Shown: positions 35,573-42,440 of the stretch, one piece after another | Layout: each line of letters starts with the position of its first letter | How positions within the stretch are numbered: the stretch's first letter is position 1 | From: a bacterium | GTDB taxonomy: Bacteria; Electryoneota; RPQS01 | Direction of reading: 5' to 3' | Assembly (NCBI GenBank): GCA_018814465.1 | Contig: JAHIZR010000245.1 | Span: 1 to 42,440 of the forward strand | Length of the DNA stretch: 42,440 bases | Position numbers and translations under genes: made by a program | Notes under the pieces: model-generated | What the model saw: the letters and a program-made list of their open reading frames with translations, nothing else | What the model was told of the DNA's origin: nothing | The model's database searches: none

Positions 35573-37269
35573 GCTTTAATCCGACCGCCCTCTTCTTCCT
35601 CGATAAATATCTTCGTAACGATTTTCCCCACAAAAAACTCGTCCTTCTCACCATCGTACCTGCTCGCCCAGTCAAATCCGGAAGACGTGTCTTTACGCTT
35701 TTCCGCTCCTGACTTCGACAGGAAATTCAAGATGCGCTTCTTCCATTTTTCCATGTTCTGAGACCGCAGATCAACCCAGCCCTTTGCCGCCCATTCGTCA
35801 ATCACCCCATCTGCGATCTCGAACAGATTGCTGCCGGAATAGGAGGGAATTTTTACTTCCGGACCCCGCAGAAGCTGTTTCCCGTCCGGCAGCAGAATCG
35901 GCACTCCGATTGATAAAATTCGCGAACGAAGCTGCTTATCTTCGCGAATGACTTGCATCGCCTTTTCGGCCATTTGCCCGCCGCTCAATGAAGACAGCTT
36001 GTCCAATGCAGGCATCGCCAAGCGAATGATGTGGGCTTCATAGAGCAGTTTTGATAAATGAGGCGGTCCCAGCATTTCGAATGCGATGCTTCTTGTACCG
36101 GTCTCCCTTTCCAGCCGCTTCATTTCGTCAAGCGCCGCCTCGCGCAGGACTCCCGCGCGGTACGTCGGTCCCATAACGACGGAATCGAGTGCTCCAACAA
36201 CATCAAAACCACTATTGCCGCCTTCAATCTCCCAGATTACGCACTGCGCGATTTCTTCAGGCGTGACGAATTCCATCTGCTCATTGGCTGTAATTGTGTA
36301 GAACTCTTCAGTGGAAAAGATGCCGTTCTCTCCGGTATCGATAAATACCGACTTGAAATTCTCATCAAGCTTGGTCCCGAAATCGGGGAGATTGCGATTA
36401 AATTCCCCTTCAAGGATCTCGGGCTTCTCTGGATCGCAGTCCACCAATGGAATCGGTTTGCCGCCGCGAAGCACTTCACCGTAGGCAATCTGCTTCCATG
36501 CGATGACCGCCGCCGGTTTGATTTCTTTCACATAGGGTGAATCCGGAGTTCTTCCCATCAGAAACAGCAGCAGACTGTGAGCCCCCGCTAAGGAAGATTT
36601 TGACAACAACTGGCCGGATGGCTTATCCTCCGAATGGGTGTAAGGAATATTCAATCCCATGCCGCCAGTTCCGGTCGTGCCGATCTTCACATAGGTTTTC
36701 ACATGCGCTGCGCGAGTCGCATCATTCAAGACCTGAATATGACGGATCAACTGCGGCAGACTGACCGTTCCGAGAAACCTTTCCATATTCTCGATCAGCG
36801 CTTCCGAGGGAACCTCATCCGGATTTCCAGATAGATATGGCTTGATGTTGTAGTAGGCTGTAAAGATATCCTGATAGGCCAGTCCGGTAGCCGAGTTCAC
36901 GCAATCGACAATCACATTTGGTTTGTGTTGAATAATCAATTTGCTTAAAAAGAAGGAGCGGAGCTTGTCCGGCGTCGGCTTCTCGAAAATGTCTTCAATA
37001 TATTGCTTGCGGAGTTTGGAATCCTTCAGCAACTCGGCACGAGGCACGTCTTTTAGAGATTCCCGCACAAACATGTCTCCCCAATGAGCGGTCATAGTTA
37101 CATCAGGATATTCCTTCTTCAGCAGTTCGATAGCGCTTTTTGCTTCCTGCTCTTTGAGAGACAGGATGATGAGTTCCGAAGGTCCGCGCTCAAGCAGTCT
37201 GCGGCAGACGGCCATCCCGACCAATCCCCAACCGCCAAGCACCATGACCTTGCTGTCTTTGATGTTCAT
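35569..37269 (-). CDS. Hypothetical protein with an N-terminal Rossmann-type dinucleotide-binding motif. Family not recognised.
   Basis: 566-aa uninterrupted ORF. N-terminus KVMVLGGWGLVGMAVCRRLL...ELIILS has a beta-alpha-beta, GxGxxG-like pattern. ATGA overlaps occur at both ends (with the scpB stop and the cmk start). Confidence 0.6.
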   Translation of the reverse strand: MNIKDSKVMVLGGWGLVGMAVCRRLLERGPSELIILSLKEQEAKSAIELLKKEYPDVTMTAHWGDMFVRESLKDVPRAELLKDSKLRKQYIEDIFEKPTPDKLRSFFLSKLIIQHKPNVIVDCVNSATGLAYQDIFTAYYNIKPYLSGNPDEVPSEALIENMERFLGTVSLPQLIRHIQVLNDATRAAHVKTYVKIGTTGTGGMGLNIPYTHSEDKPSGQLLSKSSLAGAHSLLLFLMGRTPDSPYVKEIKPAAVIAWKQIAYGEVLRGGKPIPLVDCDPEKPEILEGEFNRNLPDFGTKLDENFKSVFIDTGENGIFSTEEFYTITANEQMEFVTPEEIAQCVIWEIEGGNSGFDVVGALDSVVMGPTYRAGVLREAALDEMKRLERETGTRSIAFEMLGPPHLSKLLYEAHIIRLAMPALDKLSSLSGGQMAEKAMQVIREDKQLRSRILSIGVPILLPDGKQLLRGPEVKIPSYSGSNLFEIADGVIDEWAAKGWVDLRSQNMEKWKKRILNFLSKSGAEKRKDTSSGFDWASRYDGEKDEFFVGKIVTKIFIEEEEGGRIKA

Positions 37270-38165
37270 TGTTCCGAATCTAATGGTTTATTCTCTCGAT
37301 TGACAGTAAACTGTTCAGTGTTTCCGTGCTCATCTCCGGTGACATCCGGAGTGCCAATCTTGGTTATTCCGCGCGAGCCGTTTTCCCCCGTCCCCACTTC
37401 TGTATCGCTGCCTGTCTCGTCATCCGGATCGGCTTGTATTCCATTTTGCTCTTGCACATCCGCATCTGATTCTTTGCTCGATTCCTGCAACTCCCCCCAT
37501 TCTCTGGTCAGCTCATGATGCTTAGGCAGATCATCCAAACTTGAGAGACCGAAATGACGCAGAAATTCTTCTGTTGTTTCATACAGCATAGGCCGCCCGA
37601 TCACTTCGGCTCGTCCTTTCACCTGAACAAGCCTGCGGTCAAGGAGAGTCCGGATCACACCACTCGATTCGACTCCCCTGATCTCATCAATCTCCGCGCG
37701 CGTCACCGGACCACGAAACGCGATCACCGCAAGCGATTCCAGAGCCGCCCGCGAAAGCCTTGTTCTCGACCGCTCGGTGAACAGCTTCTTTAAGGCATGA
37801 GCATATTCAGGGCGCGTGAAAAATTGGTAGCCCTTTGCGACATGGAGAATCTCGATGGAACGCCCGGTATGAACATAGTCGGCATTCAATTCCGCAACGA
37901 GTCCGGCGAGCATCCCCTTGGCATGGCGACCGACCACCGTTAAAAACTGCGCCTCGGTAAGCGGTTCATTGGTAGAAAAGATTAAGGCTTCCGCGATCGA
38001 TTTTAGCTGTGCATACCGTTCCGCATCCGAGATCTCAGTCGAATCCGAATCGGAAGAATCCTCCGCAAGCGATGCTTCTATCGCAGACTCCAAAGCAGCT
38101 TCCTCTTCTTCAGGAATAATCTCTTTTACCGAATCCTGTCTCTGATATTCTTCTTCGTATGTCAT
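37266..38165 (-). CDS. scpB: Segregation and condensation protein B with acidic N- and C-terminal extensions
   Basis: IAEALIFSTNEPLT and AVIAFRGPVTRAEIDEIRGVESSGVIRTLLDRRLV are tandem winged-helix ScpB blocks. Lies directly downstream of scpA. Confidence 0.88.
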   Translation of the reverse strand: MTYEEEYQRQDSVKEIIPEEEEAALESAIEASLAEDSSDSDSTEISDAERYAQLKSIAEALIFSTNEPLTEAQFLTVVGRHAKGMLAGLVAELNADYVHTGRSIEILHVAKGYQFFTRPEYAHALKKLFTERSRTRLSRAALESLAVIAFRGPVTRAEIDEIRGVESSGVIRTLLDRRLVQVKGRAEVIGRPMLYETTEEFLRHFGLSSLDDLPKHHELTREWGELQESSKESDADVQEQNGIQADPDDETGSDTEVGTGENGSRGITKIGTPDVTGDEHGNTEQFTVNRENKPLDSEQ

Positions 38166-38177
38166 AGCAGTCTCTTC

Positions 38178-38918
38178 TTAAGCTGCTTGAGTCTCATGTC
38201 TGGCATCACGCGAAATATAGATCTCTTCGAAAGGAGCATTCTGCTCGACCCTGATTCGACCCTGCTTGGCCAACTCTAAAATTGCCAGCATGGTTACGAC
38301 CCAAAGCATGCGCTCAGCTTGGCTGCCAAGCCGCGCGCAGAGTCCGAAAGTATCCTCCTTCATCAGGATGTCGACAATCCAGCGAACGCGATCCTTCATA
38401 GTGACATTGATCAGCGCCACATCGTGGAAAAACCGCTGCTCTTTGCGCTGCAGAATATCCTCAATGGCTCGCGTCAGATCATAAATCGTCATCGGAAAAA
38501 GCGTCTCTTCGGGCGAAGGATTCGCTTCAGCAGGAACCGCTGAAAGCCCAAGCTCGGAACGAGCCAGCATATCCGCTTCCCATTCGCTGAACTCCGACGC
38601 GACTTCTCTGACCTTCTGATAAATCAGCAGTCTCTCGGCAAGCTCTCTGCGCGGATCTTCGATTTCCTCGAGTGCTTCAACTTCCGGCTGAGGCAGCAGC
38701 ATTCTTGCTTTGATAGCAAGCAGTGTCGCGGCCATGAGCAGATAATCACCCGCATCTTCGAGGTTGTCGACACCGATCGTGTCAATGGCTTCGAGATATG
38801 ACTCGGTTATCTCGGCCATCGGCAGATCCATGATATCATACTCTTTTCGGCTGACCAGAAAGAGCAGCAGATCCAAAGGTCCCTCGAAGCGAGGTAATGT
38901 TACTTGAAAACCGCTCAT
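38178..38918 (-). CDS. scpA: Segregation and condensation protein A (kleisin)
   Basis: FEGPLDLLLFLVSRKEYDIMDLPMAEIT is the ScpA N-terminal signature. 246 aa. Confidence 0.9.
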   Translation of the reverse strand: MSGFQVTLPRFEGPLDLLLFLVSRKEYDIMDLPMAEITESYLEAIDTIGVDNLEDAGDYLLMAATLLAIKARMLLPQPEVEALEEIEDPRRELAERLLIYQKVREVASEFSEWEADMLARSELGLSAVPAEANPSPEETLFPMTIYDLTRAIEDILQRKEQRFFHDVALINVTMKDRVRWIVDILMKEDTFGLCARLGSQAERMLWVVTMLAILELAKQGRIRVEQNAPFEEIYISRDARHETQAA

Positions 38919-39910
38919 CCGAATCCCATCGCCTCATGCACTTCAGCCATCGTTTTGGATGCGATTTCATTTGCGCGCCGGTTGCCGTCTTCGATAATCG
39001 CTTTCACTTCTTCAGGACGCGATACCAACTCTTCGCGCTTCTCCCGCATCGGCGCAAGATGATCAATCAGTTTCCGACTGCAATTCAGCTTGCAGTCTAC
39101 GCAGCCTAATGCGCCGCTCTCGCAGCCGGATCTTATCTCGTCGATCTCGGACGGATTGAATTTCTGATGATACCCGAAGACAAGACAAATGTCAGGATGC
39201 CCCGGATCATTGCGGCGAACTTTCTCGGGATCGGTGACCGCGCGTCTCATCTTCTTTTGTATTTCGTCCGGTTCATCGGAAAGCAGAATAGTATTCCCCA
39301 GTGATTTCGACATGCGATTGCCGTCGGTTCCGGTCAGTCTCGGAAAGCGAGTCAGCTTCCCTTCCGGCTCCGGAAAGATCGGAGCATCAGCGGCATAGAG
39401 ATTATTGAAGCGGCGCGCCAGTTCGCGAGTGATTTCGATATGCGGAAGCTGATCCTCGCCAACCGGGACGACTTCCCCTTTGTACATGAGAATATCCGCC
39501 GCCTGCAATACCGGATAGGACAAATGCCCGATTGAGACCGTCGATTCCAGACTCAGATCTCGCACTTGTTCCTTTAAAGTCGGATTCCGTTCAAGCCGTC
39601 CGGTTGAAATCAGCATGTTGAAAATCAAATAAAGCTCTGCATGCGACTTGACTTTCGATTGGATAAAAATCGGACTCTTTTCAGGATCTATTCCGGCGGC
39701 AATCCAATCCACAACCATCTCGAACGTATGCGTCGGAATATTCTTCGTATGCTCAACATCCGTTGTCAGCGTGTGCCAATCAGCTACAAGATGAAAGTTC
39801 TCATATTCATCTTGTAGTGCAACCCAGTTTTCGAGTGCGCCAACATAATTGCCGAGGTGCAGTCGGCCTGTCGGACGCATTCCAGAGAGTATTCGTTTTT
39901 TACGGGGCAT
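38915..39910 (-). CDS. trpS: Tryptophan--tRNA ligase
   Basis: Class I motifs: GRLHLGNYVGAL (HIGH-type) and RMSKS (KMSKS), plus GEDQ. 331 aa. Confidence 0.95.
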   Translation of the reverse strand: MPRKKRILSGMRPTGRLHLGNYVGALENWVALQDEYENFHLVADWHTLTTDVEHTKNIPTHTFEMVVDWIAAGIDPEKSPIFIQSKVKSHAELYLIFNMLISTGRLERNPTLKEQVRDLSLESTVSIGHLSYPVLQAADILMYKGEVVPVGEDQLPHIEITRELARRFNNLYAADAPIFPEPEGKLTRFPRLTGTDGNRMSKSLGNTILLSDEPDEIQKKMRRAVTDPEKVRRNDPGHPDICLVFGYHQKFNPSEIDEIRSGCESGALGCVDCKLNCSRKLIDHLAPMREKREELVSRPEEVKAIIEDGNRRANEIASKTMAEVHEAMGFG

Positions 39911-39956
39911 TCGCAGAATGAAAAATCGGATTGCTTCTAATCGTGATTAAGCGTGT

Positions 39957-39985
39957 AAGATACCATATTATCACGAGAATAGCAA
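39957..39985 (-). promoter_or_regulatory. Possible promoter upstream of trpS-scpAB
   Basis: On the minus strand: TTGCTA, a 17-nt spacer, then TATCTT. An overlapping extended -10-like TGATAATAT is also present. It lies in the 112-nt gap between the propeller gene and trpS. Confidence 0.3.
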
Positions 39986-40022
39986 ACCGATCGACAGTCT
40001 TGCAGGGTAAGAAAAATCAGTG

Positions 40023-41300
40023 TTACTTCAATAGTATCATACGCTTGGAATCAATAGAAGAGCTCGAAGCCAGTCTTGCTATGTAAACACCTGATGTTAC
40101 AGGACTTCCATGCACATCCCTGCTATCCCAATAGGTAGTTCTGACGCCAATAGGAACCACAAGGGTTCGCACTAACTGCCCTATGTTATTGTATATAAAT
40201 ATCTTGGATCTTGTTTTAGCAACTGAACTGAGCTCCAATTGTACCACCTCATTGAAAGGATTTGGATACGGATCAGTGAGGACAATCGAATTGGAGACAG
40301 TGGGTGAGCCGTCACTAACTGCTTGAGTACCTTCATAATATATTGCCATTTGAGCCGGACCATCTGAAAGCGAAAACGCCCGTATCAGGTTGCCTGAACT
40401 GTCTCGTTGTTCGACAATATCATCGTTGAAGCAACTCACGAGGAAACTCCCGTCGGAAAGCGCTTCCACATCGAAAGCTCCCGAGCCGGTTGTCATCGGA
40501 TTTGAAGAATCATGGAAGATTTCGAGATCCGAGACACGGTACGCATAGACATATCCTTCAGCTCCCCACCCGCCTGCCGCAAGATAGGCAATCCCCCCTC
40601 CCATACTGATATTCGAAGGAGAACCGCCAATAGGCAGTTCAGCAACAACGCTGCGCGTACCAAGGTCGATTATGTCGACTTCACCGGCAACGCTGCCATA
40701 ATCGCCGGTACAGACAACGTGCAGCCGATTCTGGTTGTCGACTGCAAAGGCCTGCGGATTAGTCGCCACGGAAAGACTGTCCACCCGCTCAAGTGTAAAT
40801 CGGTTAAATACGAAAACAGTCGCCGGACCGAACACAGGATAGCTCACTCCGGTTGCTCCAACATAGAAATAGTCCCCATGTACGAGAATTGCCTGAGGAG
40901 CGACACCGGCCGCCAATACTCCGACTACAGCTTCATCGGTCAGTTTGATGATAATCACATTATTCGATATCGAGCAAGTAACCGCCATTGTGTCATCATT
41001 CAGCATCGCCATTGACCAGACATTCACGCCGCCGGGAACTTGAATCTCCCGCAGAGTCGTCGCATCTTCCGCATCGATTTCCTGGATGTTGTTATACCCG
41101 GAATTTGAAACATATGCCATGTTTTTGTGAACGATCACGTCATTCGGTATCGTTCCTAAAGTTGCGGCATGCTGATTAACTGCCTCGGACTCAAGGTCTA
41201 TCGTTGCCGCTGATTCATCCAAGGTCTGCACGACAAAGAGCGTCGGAGAGGCGCCGCATAGCTGAGCAAGCAATATAAGAAAGCAAAGGAACATGATCAT
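40023..41300 (-). CDS. Secreted beta-propeller (YVTN/YncE-like repeat) protein with a T9SS type-A C-terminal sorting domain
   Basis: Signal MIMFLCFLILLAQLCGA. Repeated strand-rich ~40-aa units (AYVSNSGYNN, FYVGATG, LHVVCTGDYG, AYLAAGG, FLVSCFNDD). C-terminus PYPNPFNEVVQLEL...IFIYNNIGQLVRTL...WDSRDVHGSPVTSGVYIARL. Confidence 0.7.
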   Translation of the reverse strand: MIMFLCFLILLAQLCGASPTLFVVQTLDESAATIDLESEAVNQHAATLGTIPNDVIVHKNMAYVSNSGYNNIQEIDAEDATTLREIQVPGGVNVWSMAMLNDDTMAVTCSISNNVIIIKLTDEAVVGVLAAGVAPQAILVHGDYFYVGATGVSYPVFGPATVFVFNRFTLERVDSLSVATNPQAFAVDNQNRLHVVCTGDYGSVAGEVDIIDLGTRSVVAELPIGGSPSNISMGGGIAYLAAGGWGAEGYVYAYRVSDLEIFHDSSNPMTTGSGAFDVEALSDGSFLVSCFNDDIVEQRDSSGNLIRAFSLSDGPAQMAIYYEGTQAVSDGSPTVSNSIVLTDPYPNPFNEVVQLELSSVAKTRSKIFIYNNIGQLVRTLVVPIGVRTTYWDSRDVHGSPVTSGVYIARLASSSSIDSKRMILLK

Positions 41301-42440
41301 TTTCCGGGGCTGTAGGTCAGTTGAACGCTTGCCGATATTTCACGAAGCGGTAGCGGCGCGTGTCGAATAATCCGGTAGGATTCATTTAAAGCGTTTGATA
41401 TCCGAAATCCCGGCTGAATCAATATCTCAGAATACTGAAAGGGCCGCGTTACAAACAAGTCCAACAGATCATATTCGCTCAACCACTTTGAATTCGTCGC
41501 CAGAACCGGTCGCGAGGCTGTCCAAAGGTAGGTGGTTGTGGCATGGAGTTGCATCCAATCCAAATCAAGACTAATCCGGTGAGTACGCGGAGATCTAAAC
41601 GTCAAATACTTCCCCCCCGTATTGCGATCATCCGTCGCATCACGCGCTTCGGTCCAGGCCGTTCCAGCGGTTATTTGCGCATGATCCGGAAGGAAACTGT
41701 ATTCAATCTGGAGATCCAATGTGCGAATCTCAGCACTCTTCAAATTCATCGGCTTCCAATGTCCATCGAATGTCTGCTGCCAATAAATCAAATCGTCGAC
41801 AACCTGACTGGAGGCTGTCCCGCTGAGCTCGATCGCGCTCGAAAACCTTGGCCGTAAAAGAAAACTGCCCGTCCACTCTTCTGAGTACTCAGGTTTTAGA
41901 TCGGGATTCCCGCGGGCAACCTGATCCTCTTGCCAGAAGAGCGAATAGAATGTAGGCGCACGATAGGAACGACCCCATCCGGCGATGAGAGACCCGTCGA
42001 TAAATTTATCCGTTGTCGTTTCGATTTCAAGCTTCGGCAATCCTGTTATCCCGCCATCCCCCACCTGCTCCACTCGATATCCTGCATGGGCACTCACTCC
42101 TGTGTGTTCCGCCTGACCCGCGATCAATCTCGCTGCGCTCAACCATGATTCCCATCGGCTGCGGTCAGCATGCTCGTTCATCAGTTGGGGGCTGGTGAAA
42201 GACTCCTTTGCTGTCTGAATTCCCCCCGCCAGATCGTAAGAAAGCATCTTGCCGCAGCCCGAAATACTGCCTGAATATCTCGTACCGGCTTCGTAGACTT
42301 CATGAACTGAACTGTAGGGATCGGGATCCGAAAAATGGCGATTACTTTGTGTGAGCGAAGCCGAACCTCGCCACTCCACGTTTCCGGACCGCGAACTGAA
42401 GAGTGCGTTCAGAAAGTGCGAGCCGCTTGATTGCCGCGCC
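41297..42440 (-). CDS. TonB-dependent receptor, C-terminal beta-barrel portion. The 5' end lies beyond the right edge of the window.
   Basis: Contains the hallmark GNPDLKPEYSEEWTG motif and alternating beta-strand-like sequence. The frame stays open upstream of the GTG at 42379 to the window end. ATGA overlap with the downstream propeller gene. The C-terminus ends ...QLTYSPGK rather than with the usual terminal aromatic residue. Confidence 0.72.
   Translation of the reverse strand, partial: ARQSSGSHFLNALFSSRSGNVEWRGSASLTQSNRHFSDPDPYSSVHEVYEAGTRYSGSISGCGKMLSYDLAGGIQTAKESFTSPQLMNEHADRSRWESWLSAARLIAGQAEHTGVSAHAGYRVEQVGDGGITGLPKLEIETTTDKFIDGSLIAGWGRSYRAPTFYSLFWQEDQVARGNPDLKPEYSEEWTGSFLLRPRFSSAIELSGTASSQVVDDLIYWQQTFDGHWKPMNLKSAEIRTLDLQIEYSFLPDHAQITAGTAWTEARDATDDRNTGGKYLTFRSPRTHRISLDLDWMQLHATTTYLWTASRPVLATNSKWLSEYDLLDLFVTRPFQYSEILIQPGFRISNALNESYRIIRHAPLPLREISASVQLTYSPGK

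Noticed and set aside
39911-40022. Possible T-box or other riboswitch leader upstream of trpS.
   Set aside because: The gap is only 112 nt and must also hold the promoter. It is too short for a T-box, and I see no specifier-loop or antiterminator architecture, only a weak 7-bp inverted repeat (TCGTGAT...ATCACGA).
1-42440. Search for CRISPR arrays, tRNA/rRNA genes, IS elements, integrases, prophage or toxin-antitoxin pairs.
   Set aside because: No intergenic gap exceeds about 112 nt. I noticed no spaced direct-repeat arrays, and no ORF shows transposase, integrase, phage or TA motifs. I cannot rule out short dispersed repeats without a computational self-alignment.

Overview
This is a very gene-dense bacterial chromosomal segment with moderate GC by eye. 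I call 39 protein genes. All are on the minus strand except rpsT, and many are joined by 4-nt ATGA stop/start overlaps. The content is overwhelmingly housekeeping:
- **Translation:** gatB (partial), gatA, truA, rpsT, rpsA, mtaB, trpS and an ABC-F factor.
- **Purine synthesis:** purQ, purS, purC, purB and guaB.
- **Phospholipid synthesis:** pssA, psd, cdsA and plsC.
- **Energy and nucleotides:** arcC, sucC, sucD, ndk and cmk.
- **Chromosome and DNA:** scpA, scpB, rnhB, yraN and comEC.
- **Other:** tatA, an HtrA-like protease, an orphan ecfT, ubiE/menG, cobB and an M20 peptidase.

Two secreted proteins carry T9SS/FlgD-Ig-like C-terminal sorting domains. Sigma70-consensus promoters and at least one clear Shine-Dalgarno site (GGAG upstream of rpsA) are also present. 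Together these suggest an uncultivated member of the Fibrobacteres-Chlorobi-Bacteroidetes (FCB) superphylum or a neighbouring candidate phylum; this is inference.

I found no rRNA, tRNA, CRISPR array, transposase, integrase or recognisable defence island, and no intergenic gap exceeds about 112 nt. I could not identify a clear multi-gene novel system. The best candidates for undescribed biology are:
- a 566-aa Rossmann-type protein of unknown family, translationally coupled between scpB and cmk;
- an 859-aa glycoside-hydrolase-family-2-like ectodomain fused to a polytopic membrane domain;
- a double lamin-tail-domain secreted protein coupled to the ABC-F gene;
- a TonB-dependent receptor paired with a T9SS-sorted beta-propeller;
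- a TrpRS carrying an apparent Fe-S cysteine motif.

All family assignments come from motif recognition by eye, not from database searches.
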